DNA of 64,000 bases from Eledone cirrhosa (taxonomy: Eukaryota): NCBI GenBank assembly GCA_964016885.1, contig OZ024742.1, forward strand, positions 210,676,001 to 210,740,000, read 5' to 3'. Shown here in pieces: positions 1 to 12,710 of the stretch; the first letter of the stretch is position 1, and each line of letters opens with the position of its first letter. The position numbers and the translations under genes are program-made. The notes beneath the pieces were generated by a model. That model was given only the letters and a program-made list of their open reading frames with translations. It ran no database searches and was not told the DNA's origin.

Positions 1-711
1 TTTGAAGGAGAATTTCAAGATAACAAGTATGTTTACGCAGAAGTATATTGCCTCTCGAAGTTTAAGCACCCGAATATAATCATACTGGAGGAATTTATCC
101 TTAAACCTGATCGATTATATATCATTATGGAATATGCTGAGTTTGGCAATATTGAACAATATGTAACAAGTAACCATAAAATCCCTTCATTCAACATCGT
201 ACAGTTCTTTAGCCAATTAACTTCTGCAGTTTGTTACAGTCATTCCCAAAATATTGCTCATAGAGATATAACCCCGAGCAATATACTCTTAACTTCAAAA
301 TTCACCATCAAATTGGCTGACTGGGGACTAGCAACACCTTGTGGTGTCGATAGAAACAATCCAATACTAAGCGATGACTATTTAGGAGATTATCGATACC
401 AAGCCCCAGAAGTTATCCGTTGTACTCCTTTTGATCCTTTGCCCACAGATGTTTGGAGCCTTGGAAGTATATTATATTTTATGTTAACTTCTAATCCACC
501 ATTTGAAGGAAGTGAAACAAACATCCTTCACAAACAGATAGATATTGGTATTAGTCTACCCGACTCAATTGTCAATAGCGACGATAAACTGGAAAACGCT
601 ATTGTTAAGATAATGAAATCTTTGATGATTGTTGATACGAATGAGAGACCTGTTATAGAAACAGTTAATGACATTGTAGCTTCCATTAGCTCGCAACTTG
701 AATCTTGTTAA
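1..711 (+). CDS. Ser/Thr protein kinase, CAMK group, TSSK (testis-specific kinase)-like; 5'-partial, intronless within the window
   Basis: Frame 1 is open from base 1 (FEGEFQ...KHPNII...YIIMEYA). It continues through HRDITPSN, DWG, YQAPE, DVWSLGSILYFM and the subdomain XI Arg (ERP), with a stop at 709-711. PFDP..DVWSLG.ILY.M resembles TSSK kinases. Confidence 0.85.
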   Translation, partial: FEGEFQDNKYVYAEVYCLSKFKHPNIIILEEFILKPDRLYIIMEYAEFGNIEQYVTSNHKIPSFNIVQFFSQLTSAVCYSHSQNIAHRDITPSNILLTSKFTIKLADWGLATPCGVDRNNPILSDDYLGDYRYQAPEVIRCTPFDPLPTDVWSLGSILYFMLTSNPPFEGSETNILHKQIDIGISLPDSIVNSDDKLENAIVKIMKSLMIVDTNERPVIETVNDIVASISSQLESC

Positions 712-950
712 GATTATAGATTTTTTCTGCCTATTTATCTATTTTTAAAGTGTATAATTATGATATTTGTGTCTATTCTATGTTTCAATCGGTTTGATCT
801 CTGGTCATCAACGAGTGTCTAATTTCTGGACGAGGCCAAGATATTGAATCCAGGACAACAAATCACATTTTACTTAAATAATATATAGAAAGGCAATTTA
901 TTTAAATGCATAGGCGCGCGCGCGCATATATATATATATATATATATATA

Positions 951-1048
951 CAGGGCGTCGAAAAAAATGTACACACTTTGATTACCTGTACAGGCAATAT
1001 TTATTAGAATGCTGTTGAAGTATGTATACATTTTGGAGGGACACCCTG
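951..1048. mobile_element. ~100 bp Tc1/mariner-type MITE
   Basis: Imperfect TIRs CAGGGCGTCGAAAAAAATGTACACA and TGTATACATTTTGGAGGGACACCCTG, flanked by TA on both sides. Confidence 0.6.
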
Positions 1049-1056
1049 TATATATA

Positions 1057-1864
1057 TTTAACGAAGGGTAATAAATAAATGTGAAATAGTTATATAATGG
1101 ATAGTATGGTAATATGTATAGAATAGATATGTTGGTTATTTAGTTATGATAATAACAATGTTGTTAGAAGAGATAACATGAATATAAAGAATATAGGATT
1201 TTGGTTATATATAGTTTACTTCACGTGAATTAAAAGGTACAATAAACAAGTTACCATAAGTTGCAAAAATTGACAATATTATTTTGTTGTTAATGTGTAG
1301 GCTGTTGAAGTCTGTTGTTGTTGGTGTTAAAACAGCAAGTTACAGATAATTGTTGTCCGTGGTAGTAGTTGTTAGACCGTGTTAGTAAGATATGGTATGT
1401 ATATCTCTGAATGGTCTGTAGTAACTGTGAACTACCGTGGCTTGTACATGGTATGTAGTAATAGAGGTTCCAATCTCTGTGTGTGTATCTGTAGACTTCA
1501 TGGGATCTGTTGAATAGTGATGAATCTTTACATAGCTTGTTCTGTAGTGGGGTGCTCCGATGTCTCTGGCTGTAGACCACTGGGGGTCTATTGATAGCAG
1601 TAAATCCTTACATATTAGTTGTGTACCCTAGCGCTTCGATATCTCTGTTTGTAGACCACTGGGGGGTCTGTTGATAGCAGTACATCCTTACATGTTTAAT
1701 TGTATATCCTATCTATGTCTCTGTGTGGAATCGCTTGTACATGGTCTATATATAGCTGTCACTTCCTGTCCCCCAACCTGAACTTGTTAACACAATAAAT
1801 GTGGTGACTTAAAATTTGATCTCTAGGTATCCCAAAGTTCAAGGCCCTGACAGATTTCGCTACA
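1057..1864 (-). mobile_element. Possible solo LTR
   Basis: Imperfectly inverted ends (TTTAACGAA...TTCGCTACA), TATA-like motif near 1746-1755, internal ~80 bp direct repeat (1550-1700), flanked by TA repeats. Confidence 0.35.
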
Positions 1865-2446
1865 TATATATATATATATATATAACACTTACATCCTGGT
1901 TTGAATGTTTTACCTAGACCAGAGTCTGACTTTTTTCCCCATTTCAACAACTCATCTTAGACATTGAAGTGAATATTTATGGCTGTTTATTTACTCCTCT
2001 TAACAGAAGCGTATTGTTTCATTTCAAAACGTATTAACACATCACTTATTTTTTCTTAAATTTTATTTCATTAATTGATAAGGTCGGAAAACGGAATTTG
2101 TGTGAAGTAAACAGACTATTCGTTAGAGAACGTAAGATTAGATTTCTCATACATAAATGCTTGCGAAACAAGCAATTTTGTTGAAATTTAACATTTCTCA
2201 TACTGCCTGCCTACCTCTTGGCCCCCCTACTCACTCCTACACTCGCCGCGTCTTTCATTCATTACAATTACCTTTTTATCCACTTTATGCCTCTATTAAA
2301 TAACATAGTCCTTCTTTTCTCGCTTCCGCCGGCCACTGCATACAATCTTTTGAAGAATAAGCTCTCAAATTTCAATCCTCTTTTATCTAAGCCCGATCTC
2401 ATAATGTTTAAAACGTATCAGACACTGAATAATATTAAACAATGAC

Positions 2447-3107
2447 GGCATAGGTTAAGTTTAACGTCCTCGAAAATGAAACTAGGTTTTCTGACAAGTG
2501 AATGTGTTTTTTTTTTTTTTAACAATGAAATTTACGATACACTCTTTGTTTATTTACAACAGGTCTCTATAGTGATATGGTGTTAATTAGTATTGCGTGT
2601 GTGATTATTTTCTCTTATATATATGTGTGTGGGTGTGTATATGTGTGTCTATATATGTGTGTCTGTATGTATATATATATGTGTGTTTGTATATATATAT
2701 GTGTTTGTGTCATCATCATCGTTTACATGTTTTTACCCAAATCCCTTATCATTCTCTGTTCTTCTTATGACCCGGCCTTAATTTGTTTATAGTTGGTGCC
2801 AACTTTGGCAAGTTATTACAAAAACATGTAAACGATGATGATGACACAAACACATATATATATACAAACACACATATATATATACATACAGACACACATA
2901 TATAGACACACATATACACACCCACACATATATATATAAGAGAAAATAATCACACACGCAATACTAATTAACACCATATCACTATAGAGACCTGTTGTAA
3001 ATAAACAAAGAGTGTATCGTAAATTTCATTGTTAAAAAAAAAAAAAACACATTCACTTGTCAGAAAACCTAGTTTCATTTTCGAGGACGTTAAACTTAAC
3101 CTATGCC
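2447..3107. repeat. Perfect inverted repeat with 288 bp arms and 85 bp spacer
   Basis: 2447-2734 is the reverse complement of 2820-3107, including the T14/A14 run. Confidence 0.95.
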
Positions 3108-3247
3108 AACAATGACTATGTTAGCTTCGAATGGATCATATACCTTTGAACTATATTTTATCGGGAAGTATAGAATCACTTCTATGTTCTTGTGGAGACT
3201 GCCCAGAAACTCTATGGTACTATTTGTTCCAATGTAGAAACTACCAC

Positions 3248-3250
<3 letters not shown>

Positions 3251-3339
<89 letters not shown>
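3251..3339. repeat. (GA)n microsatellite
   Basis: Pure dinucleotide run. Confidence 0.97.
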
Positions 3340-3342
<3 letters not shown>

Positions 3343-4752
3343 ATCTTGAAGAAACATCTTTAAAAAACTACTAAGATTGGAGGTTTAATATTTTACTATA
3401 GATCTATCAACTACAAACAAGCCCTTTCAATACATGGAGGCTACGAAAAGATACAACAGAAACGTTTTGCCATTTTATAGTTGCCTTTGCTTTTTCACTT
3501 TTTTTCCTATTTGTGCTTCTTTTGGCTTCCGTAGTTCTCTTTCTTTTCTTTTACTCTGTCTGTCTTTCTCTTGTTGTTTCTTAATTGTAAGGAGTATTAT
3601 ATACCTCTCCTAGTCTGGAAAGGATATCCCAGTCGCGTTAGCTTTTCCCACTGCTCACTGCTACTGAGCTTAATGACTCAGCAAACTCTCTTGAATTTAC
3701 TAATTATTTTGATTGAGTACAATATTGAAAGGGCATAATCACAAATATGCATTGCTCATCCTTTCTGTTAAGAATGGATATAATATTTACGCATCTTTAA
3801 ATCTAAGAACTCATCACTGGAATCCAGCCCACATCCTTTACACTTCCAAATAAAATTATATATATATATAAAAAAATTGGGGACCTCGGAAAGAAACTAA
3901 TTTAATGATGAGCCAGCAAGATTGCTCAACTTACTACAAACAGCAGCTAAATTTCACTCTTTCCACCTTTAAAAAAAGCTGGGGGGGGGGGGGGGTACAT
4001 TGGATAATGTTGTCCCAGATACATCGCGTCAAAATAAAAGATTGCATAGTCACGGCTGGAAGATCATTAATCATAGGACTTCCCTTTCAGAGATGACTCG
4101 GGGCTAAAAGCAACAACAATAACAGCAACAACTTACGTAAATTGTTTTGATAAAAAAAAAGGCAAAATGGACTGCTATGGAAAATCCTAAACACCGCAGA
4201 AAACATTACAACAAATAAAACAATACTTTCATTGAAGAATATAACAGAAAATCAATCTGTGCATATTTGTTTTTAACAACTTGTAAAAGAAATTATAAAC
4301 AGAAATATATAATTTTGGATGCGCCATGTTATATAATTATTTTCATCACCAACTCTATCTTTCGTCAATTATTGTTAAACTGAATATCTTATGTTACCTA
4401 AAAGATTTAAAAAGGAAAAAAAATCCACGATTTCATTAGAATAATCTACGCAACGTCTTGGCAGCGTTTCAGCAACATTTCTCGTGCATTTAACCCCTCG
4501 CACCCATTTCCGCCACCAGCGCTACCACCTCAAGCAGCAGCAGCACCACCACCACCACCACCACCACCACCGCCGAACACCCACCCCACCATCAACACCG
4601 CCACCTTTTCTGTTACGCTTAATGCCAGTAAAATTATTCTACACGTTTTCTGTTTTCTTTACTTTATTTCCACGAATCAAGCAACTTAATACGTTTCTTT
4701 CTTAAATCAGCAAATCTATCTTTATTTTCCCCTTTCTCTCTCTCTCACTCCA

Positions 4753-4769
<17 letters not shown>

Positions 4770-4801
<32 letters not shown>

Positions 4802-4851
4802 ATAGATATAGATATATTATACATATATATATATATATTATATATATATAT

Positions 4852-4917
<66 letters not shown>

Positions 4918-4985
4918 TATATATATATATATATTATATATATATATTATATATATATTTTATATATATATATATATATTATATA

Positions 4986-5015
<30 letters not shown>
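4770..5015. repeat. Interrupted (TA)n microsatellite (one of many TA, TG and CATA tracts)
   Basis: Read directly. Confidence 0.95.
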
Positions 5016-5016
<1 letters not shown>

Positions 5017-5023
5017 CGATATT

Positions 5024-5207
5024 AATTGTTTCTACTTTAGGCACAAGGCCAGCAATTACCCAGTGCATTACTGGTACTTTATTTTATCGACCCTGTAAGG
5101 ATGAAAGGCAAAGTCAACCTCGGCGGGATTTGAACTCAGATCATAAAGGGACGTAACTATGCTGGAAAGCATGGCGTCCGACCCTCTACCGATACTGCCA
5201 ATCCACC
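5024..5207 (-). mobile_element. tRNA-derived SINE with Meta/RUDI-like central domain
   Basis: A-box-like GGCAGTATCGG, B-box GAGTTCAAATCCC, central CTTTCATCCTTACAGGGTCGATAAAATAAAGTACCAG; TSD TATACGATATTAAT on both sides. Confidence 0.85.
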
Positions 5208-5210
5208 ATA

Positions 5211-6110
5211 TACGATATTAATAAATGGAAACTATATTTATAAAACCATATTTATTTCATTATACATATTTCAGGGATACCACATTAAATTATGGTATGC
5301 CTTCATCAGAAAAAAATACAATATATAACAGTTTTACAAATAGGTTTGACGTACCCTTTTAAAATACAACCATTACTTTTGGAGGCTGTCTGGATAGTGA
5401 TTTGTTTATATAATAAGTCATAGTGTTAAGCACAATTAGAAAAAGACGGAGAGAAAGAAAAAAGACGGAGAGAGAGAAAAGAACAAAGACGGAGAGAGAG
5501 AAAGAAAAGAGAAAGAAAACCTGGAGAAATATCGGAGAGAGAGAGAAATGTATGGAGAAAAGAAAGAGATAGATAAAGATAGGAGGAAATAAAAAAGAAA
5601 GAAAAGGAAGGAATAAGAAAAACAAAGGAAAGCAACAGAGAGATATCAAGTCATCATACAGAAAGAAAAACTCAAGAGAGAGAAATACTATATAGAGAGG
5701 GGGGGGGTAGTGACAACTTTACGTCATGTCATATTAAGTTGAGTTAACAATTTATATGAAATGAATAATAAAAATATAAATATAAGTATCAATATTTATG
5801 AATGGGACATAGATATATAATATGAGAAATTAAACATTGTTCAATAATGACCATATGTTTAGTTTAGAAACTTGAGATCAATATACCAAAATCTGAGTTC
5901 AAAATGTCCCTTGCTATAGAGATTAGTATTTTATGCAAAGACATACAAATATATATGTATATATACATACATATAGATACGCACGTCCTGAAAATAGAAA
6001 TTATGTTTACTCAAGCCAACAATATAGCCATACAAAACGTAAATGATTTCTCTTAATCACTGCTATACATTCCCTGTGTTATAAAAATTTCATAGTATAT
6101 ATATACAAAT
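5211..6110 (-). mobile_element. Non-coding PLE-type element, family C, with hammerhead motif at 5253-5318
   Basis: Closely similar to 52434-53310; minus strand reads CTGATGA-aggcatacca..tggtatccct-GAAA-tatgta-TA. Confidence 0.7.
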
Positions 6111-6427
6111 ATATACGATTAACAATCATGTCCTCATATATACGATTACCATTCATGTGTTTAATATTATGCACATCTGCAACATACCTCTCAACCACAT
6201 AGATATATACACATACATATATACACATACATATGTATAAATAAATATTTGCGTGCGTCTTCATGCATCACTCATGTATATATACAGACACTTATACAAA
6301 CACAAAAAATCTATAACACTTTCTATGCATGTTAATACACACATATGCATTTGTATAGAGATAATCAATGTAGTTAATGTATATGCATATATATATATGT
6401 TTTGAACATAGTTTTGATTATTCTATA

Positions 6428-6477
<50 letters not shown>

Positions 6478-6479
<2 letters not shown>

Positions 6480-6665
6480 CAAAGGAATTGTGGTAAGGAA
6501 CCAAATGGACCATAACGCACCAGAGTACTCAATACTTAGGGTAGTAGAGTGGGAAATAGGAAAAAGTATGACTCCGACAGCAGAGCTCAAGCCGTTTCGA
6601 CGGCTATTTCTGAAATAGCTGTCGAAACGGCTTGAGCTCTGCCGTCGGGGTCATACTTTTTCCTA
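6478..6665. mobile_element. Family D terminal fragment with fold-back inversion (6555-6665)
   Basis: Same sequence as 11602-11800, 36029-36218 and 54374-54563; abuts (TA)n; arms differ by a few bases. Confidence 0.75.
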
Positions 6666-7449
6666 TATATATATATGAATGTATAATTGCATGTATGTAT
6701 TTATGTACGTATGTACGTATGTATGTATGTACGTATGTATGTATGCATGTATGCCTATGCGCGCGCATATGCTTGCATGTATGAGTCTGTGTGTGTGTTT
6801 CAAGAGGGAGATACACACACGCGCGCGCGCGTTATAAACTATAATGTGTTCACTAACTGCTTCATAGTTATCAGATAAAATAGAAATGTGCTAAACACAA
6901 CAAAACTTATGTATTGCTTGAAGAAGTGCCAATTAGGAATTCATTAATCTAGAAATGAGCCCCCAAAGTCATAATCAACAACAAAAAGATGATGTTTTGT
7001 TTAGTCAAGGGAGGTAGGTTACATGGCGTTGATCTATGTATCAATCCTATTTCTAGTAAAGTACATGAGAAAAGTACATAAGTGAAGCGTCTAATGAGAG
7101 AAACGGGTATTATTGTTTGACTAGTCTTAAAACAGAACTTTGACACTCCTCTAATCTTTTTTGCAGATAAATGTTGCGGCATATAAAGTACTGGAAAATT
7201 TGACTTAACCGTTCACCCGTCAAAATAAACGTAATAAGTATTGGAGTAATACTATAAGGTTTAAATGAACATTATACAACAGTGCATTGCTCATGTAAAC
7301 ATTAACTTTTCTTCAATGTGAAGATATTATCGAGAGCGGGAAACTGGAGTTCTGGAGTCTATTCAATTCTTCAATTCATGTAATCTCTTTCAATATGTGT
7401 ATGGCATTTATTCCAGCATGAGAGAAGGTTATTATTTGTAGTATAATGA

Positions 7450-7846
7450 GGGCGGTTGATTAGCAGCATCGGTAGAGCGTTGGACATCATGCTATGCATC
7501 AAAACGTTACGGCCCTTTATGTTCTGATTTCAAATCCGACCGAGGTTAGCTTTGCCTTTCTTCCTTAGGGGGTCGATAAAATAAAGCACCAGTAATGCAC
7601 TGGGGTCGATTTATTCGACTTTCACCTCCCCCAAAATTGCTGGTCTTGTGCCTTTAGTAGAGTGGATTGGCAGTATCGGTAGAGGGTCGGACGCCATGCT
7701 TTGACGCATAGAGTTACGGCCCTTGCCATTCTGAGTTCAAATCCCGCCGAGGTTAACTTTGCCTTTCATCCTTATGGGGTCGATAAAATAAAGTACCAGT
7801 AATACACTGGGTAATTGCTGGCCTTGTGCCAAAAGTAGAAACAATT
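7450..7846 (+). mobile_element. Head-to-tail SINE dimer (same family as 5024-5207)
   Basis: Two consecutive monomers (7450-7660 and 7661-7846) bounded by one TSD, ATTATTTGTAGTATAAT. Confidence 0.85.
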
Positions 7847-8337
7847 ATTTGTAGTATAATCGTCAAACTGGAATATATCTAGCAGAGTGATTCCCGAGTA
7901 CCGTAATCTTGAGGGACACGTGATTTGTGTGAAGATAATATGCAGCTAGCTGCTGTATAGAAACTTCTTTTAACGATAGAATAAACAAAGAGAAGAAACA
8001 GCAGCGCGTCAATGAAATAGCGGTTCAAGCATTTTTAGTCAATCAGCGGATTGGTTTTCTGTTGCATTTGGTCGGTCTAATATATTAATGTACGTGGTGT
8101 ATGATCAGTGCTGAATATTTCTTAGCCTTCGAGGTGTAGTTTTCGCAAAACCATATATAAGGAGTAGCCATGAGAAATCCTGAGTAATAGTATCGTGTGT
8201 TATTAACGTACGTATGGTGCTTCTTTGACGTATGTTGTGATTGAGTCTGTAAAGAATTGTGAATTCAGTCCATGATAAAGACAGCAGCAGGATAACGTCT
8301 AATAATGGTTTATTTTACATTATTTATTGGTCGATAA

Positions 8338-8557
8338 GGGCAGTAGATTGGCAGTATTGGTAGAGCATCGAACAACATACTCTGCTGCATGTAGTTACAG
8401 CCTTTTACATTCTGAGTTCAAATCCCGCTGAGGTTAGCTTTTACGATCAACTTTACGTGGTCGATAAAATAAAGTACCAGTAACGTACCAGGGGTGATTT
8501 AGTCGACTTTCTCTTTGATTTCAAATCGCTGGCCTTGTGCCAAATGTAGAAACTATT
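8338..8557 (+). mobile_element. tRNA-derived SINE
   Basis: Same head, central domain and GGCCTTGTGCC..GTAGAAAC tail. Confidence 0.85.
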
Positions 8558-8666
8558 ATTTATCGGTCAATAAACCAATGAAGCTGCGACCAGCCAAGCC
8601 GATTATTGTAAATAGTACATATAATATAAGGCTTCGATTTCGACCAAAGAAAATGACATAGAGAAA

Positions 8667-8847
8667 TAATTGTTTCTACTTTAGGCACAAGGCCAGCATT
8701 TTGAAGGGGAGGGGAAAGTTGATTAAATCGACCCTGGTGCTTTATTTTATCGACCCCGAAAGGATGAAAGGCGGGATTTGAACTCAGAACGTAAACGGCC
8801 GTAACTCAATGCCACAAAGCATGTTGTCCGATGATACTGCCAATCCA
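8667..8847 (-). mobile_element. tRNA-derived SINE with internal deletions
   Basis: Reverse-complement match to the family. Confidence 0.8.
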
Positions 8848-8869
8848 GAGAAATAATACACACAGAATG

Positions 8870-10450
8870 AATGAATGTTAGAAATAAACTCAAAGATGTG
8901 AATGTCACCGAGATGAAGATGAACCCAACATTCTATAAGTTATCTCCGTGTATGCGTGTATCTGTGCAGTATAGAGAAGAAAGTATACATACTAGTAAAA
9001 AAGTTCTACATCATTTCTACGCAGTTGATTATACCAAATAGATGATAACGTAGGCCCATATTTTGACCCCCCCAAAGTGCATTATCTGATTAGGTCCGAA
9101 TGATGATGTTGACGGCAGTGTTTCATGACAGACGAACGGCAGTTACACTAGTTAAATGGTCCAAAACGTGATGGCGTAGATAAGTCTTCAGAAGCTTGTC
9201 TGATGTTAGACGGTTATCGACAAAATAAAACTGGAAATTTGAGGACCTCCATTCAGATTGCTGGGATACCAGGTTCCTATTCATGTATTCAGTGTATGTT
9301 TTGTGTGACGTCAGGTGTTTAGGTTGAGTGTGTATGGCGCGAGTGAAGCGTAGTAATATCTGCATTGGAATGTATGTTGTTAGAAGTGATAGCAAATAAG
9401 CCGTTAATGTACAGTAGGAAGAGCGTATTTATTTAAGTTACATTAGAATTAATAGAAATTGAATTTAAAAGGGCTCTATTGGTAGATAGTGACACTGATG
9501 CGGACTGACAGGAAGAAACGAGTGACGGGTGTAAACAATGATTTCTATTATAGGCACAAGACCAGCAATTTTGGGAGAGGGGAACGTCGATTAAATCGAC
9601 TCCAGTGCATTACTGGTACTTTATTTTATCGATCCCGTTAGAATAAAAAGCAAAGGTAACCTCGACAAGATTTGAACTCAGAACGTAAAGGGCAGTAACT
9701 GTATGCCACAAAACATGTTCGACGCTCTACCGATACTACCAATTCACCGCCCGTGACGGGTGTAGACAATAGACAGCTAACTTACCTGGAAGATTCTCAT
9801 GTCAAACACCAGGAAGAAACGAGTAATGGATGTATGTACAGAATAGACAAGTAACTTACCTGGCAGATTCGCATGCCGAACCCACAACATTACTTTACTA
9901 ATGTCAAGGACAACAACATTACTTTCATCGAAGTTCTTCAGAGTGAGTGACATAGGAGTGTAAGTTTCCGGTAAATCTAGTTCTATGGAAACTATATTGG
10001 TGATCACTGAAGACAGACTCAGGGCGATAAAGAATACGATTGCTAACAACTGTTTCCTTTATGTTTGAGGTGCCGTGGAGAAGTGAGACAAGTCGGTTAT
10101 TTTGAAAACGTTAACCTTTTTGTGGGATATTACATATTAACACATTTCCAATTGTTGCAAAGATTTCTTGAGAGAACAATGAAGAAAAACAGGGGTGAGG
10201 GGAAAGAGGAGTGAAGGGAGCGAGGCGTGGAGGGAGATCCTCTATGAATTTTAGGCAGTATACTTTGTCTGAAGGACTGCAGCATATTTTCGGGTAAACA
10301 ACTGTGGGATTGGGTTTGGACTGTATGAGGGATTTAAATAGATATGCCTAGGAGGATTACTTCAACTATTCATTTAACTGTCTTAAATGAGTCGGGATTA
10401 AGCAGAGAGATTGTTAGAAGATAATCCTTCTTTGAAAAAGTAGTCTTTCG
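8870..10450 (-). pseudogene. Highly decayed CR1/Jockey-group LINE reverse transcriptase relic
   Basis: Minus-strand fragments SDHQYSFHRTR and VVVLDISKVMLWVRH resemble SD.QYGFR and V.LDISKAFDRVWH; many frameshifts. Confidence 0.55.
9540..9752 (-). mobile_element. tRNA-derived SINE inserted in the LINE relic
   Basis: Family match; ~18 bp TSD GTGACGGGTGTA(A/G)ACAAT at 9522 and 9753. Confidence 0.85.
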
Positions 10451-11350
10451 TAAGTAGTCTTACCCTGTTCTCCGGAAAGGGCTATTACACCAGGTTCCAC
10501 AACATAGGGTGCCTGGGCCTTTTCTTAAAGAAGAGATATAGGCCTTATAGACTAGTGGGACCATATACTCTAGTGGTGGTGGTGATAACGGCGGCGGCGG
10601 CGATGGTCAGCCCCATTAATCTCACAAGCATGAGAGTTTCTTCAAAGGTCATAAGTGTTGTTCTTTTTCTAACTAAATAAAAAGTAGCAATGAGATAAAA
10701 GTTTTCAACCCTTTGGTCAGTATGTGGGCACCTTATTTACTCGGCCAACCGTGATTACCAAATGATTAGTCTCAGAGTCTACAAGAGAAATTCTTTTAAG
10801 GCGGAACAAGACTACTTTTGAGCCCGGGGATGGTCTTTCGTGAATTTTTTTTTTTTTTTTCCTAGTTGAGGAGCATCGAACATTTACAGAGACTACTTTT
10901 CAGTCCGGGGATTGTTATATATTTATTCTTTAGTGGAGGAGCATCAGATATCCACAGCGAGCCGCCCTGGCCTTCCGGGCTCTGTGCCCAATGTAACGAC
11001 TGAATCCATTTCACATAAGCATAATTAGCATTAACTACATTTATAAACAAAGTACTAAATATCTGAAAAATAAATAAAAGATATTAACTTATCTCGTCTG
11101 TAACAACATCAAAGAACTATAAATATTAAATGAGAAATACACTTTAACTGTAAATAGAACAAATCTAAACATTCTCTTGATAGACTACTACCTGCTATCT
11201 AACCACTCAACTTTGATAATGGTATAGACTGCATTCTCTCTATATATATAAGGAAAGAAAACAAAAATAAGTATTAAGACTTGTAAAACATTATGAACAT
11301 TACGTAAATAAAATATAGTGTGTGGCAAATACAAATGCTTTCCATTTGGA

Positions 11351-11438
11351 AACTATGTTTATTCCCTTTCAGAAACTAATTAGTTTGAGTGAAATTTTAG
11401 TAAGTAAGTTAATTTTTATAATTTTTTTATTTTACGTC

Positions 11439-11445
<7 letters not shown>
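11351..11445 (+). mobile_element. Family A fragment (3' half of its HHR), ending in (TA)n
   Basis: CCCTTTCAGAAACTAATTAGTT...TTTTACGTCTTTCATA matches 55770-55870. Confidence 0.75.
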
Positions 11446-11492
<47 letters not shown>

Positions 11493-11496
<4 letters not shown>

Positions 11497-11593
11497 AAGG
11501 CGGGTAAAATTCCCGAGATCCATGGACGAGTTCTCTCCAGCGGTCTCTGTCCCTCATTATCGCTGCCATATCCTGCATCTCCAACAGACCAGT
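11493..11593 (-). mobile_element. RTE-like LINE 3' tip
   Basis: TGLLEMQDMAAIMRDRDRWRELVHGSREFYPP, nearly identical to 36901-36999. Confidence 0.75.
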
Positions 11594-11601
11594 ATATATA
11601 T

Positions 11602-11796
11602 ATAACGAAGGAAATGTGGTAAGGAACCAGGTGGACCATAACGCACCAAAGTACTCAATACTTAGGGTAGTAGAGTGGGTAATAGGAACCAGTAAGACCC
11701 CGACGGCTGAGCTCAAGCCGTTTCAACGGCTAATTCTGGACGTCCAGAATTAGCCGTCGAAACAGCTTGAGCTCAGCCGTCGGGGTCTTACTGGTT

Positions 11797-11800
<4 letters not shown>
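11602..11800. mobile_element. Family D terminal fragment with fold-back inversion
   Basis: 11678-11740 is inverted at 11742-11800; (TA)n on both sides. Confidence 0.75.
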
Positions 11801-11840
<40 letters not shown>

Positions 11841-11841
<1 letters not shown>

Positions 11842-12710
11842 GCACCAGTTGCTTTCACTTCAATTTATTATTATAAATTCAGGAATTTATAAATTTCTGG
11901 TTGGTTGGTTGGTTCCACAACCAGATGATTGTTTATATATTGTCAAAGTTCTTTCGTCACACATTCTGTGACCTCTTCAGTGACTGGGGATTCTTTTCTT
12001 TGTTTGTGTGCCTCTCCTTTGTTCTGTCCTACACCATCTTGTTTTTGTGTGTGTGTTGCGTGCTTAGTTTGCGCATGTGTTACATCCGGGTGTCTGTGTG
12101 TGTTTATATTCGTTTATTTATTATTTGTTTATTTACATGTTACAGGTTGGTTGTTTGTTCCATGTGCGTGTGTGTTTTCATTTTGTCCTTAATTGTAAGT
12201 TGTGATGTTGCTGTTCTACTTATGTTTTCTATTTAATTTTGGTTGGAGTTCATTTATGTTTATTGCCTCTGTGATTTGTCTAAACATTGCGTCTTTTCTG
12301 TGTGTAGATTCTATTTTTATTTTTATTTTTATGTTCTCTAATTTACCCTTATGTTCTATTTTAGCCTATTGGTAGAGTACAGATGATTCTTTACTATCTT
12401 GAAGGTCTCGCCAGTGTTCATTTATCCGTTCCCCTATACTACGAGCTGTCTCACCTATGTACACTATATTTTTATCTCTACATTGTCCTTCAGTACATCT
12501 TATGCTATATACTACATTTCTAGTTTTACAGTTAATATGGGGGCTCAATTTACAGATTATACATTTCTTATCTATACAGGGAGGTCTTTGAAAAGGGTAT
12601 GTATTGCTAATAAGTGTTTTTATGGAGGTACCTGGACTTTCTACTATCTTAATATTGAGTTTATGTTTATCTAGGGCCCTTCTAAATTTGTAAGCTAATT
12701 CACCTCTAGG
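11841..12710 (-). mobile_element. Penelope-like element 3' part: GIY-YIG fragment plus 3' region with HHR (family B)
   Basis: ORF 12366-12743 has C..KC..C...NCKTRNVVYSIRC...YIGETARSIGERINEH (GIY-YIG). The HHR at 11942-11984 lies downstream on the same strand. Confidence 0.8.

Noticed and set aside
4484-4705. Poly-His/Gln ORF
   Set aside because: Produced by (CAG)(CAC) repeats; no domain or splice support.
5024-5207. tRNA genes
   Set aside because: A/B-box-like motifs belong to SINE heads; no cloverleaf is present.
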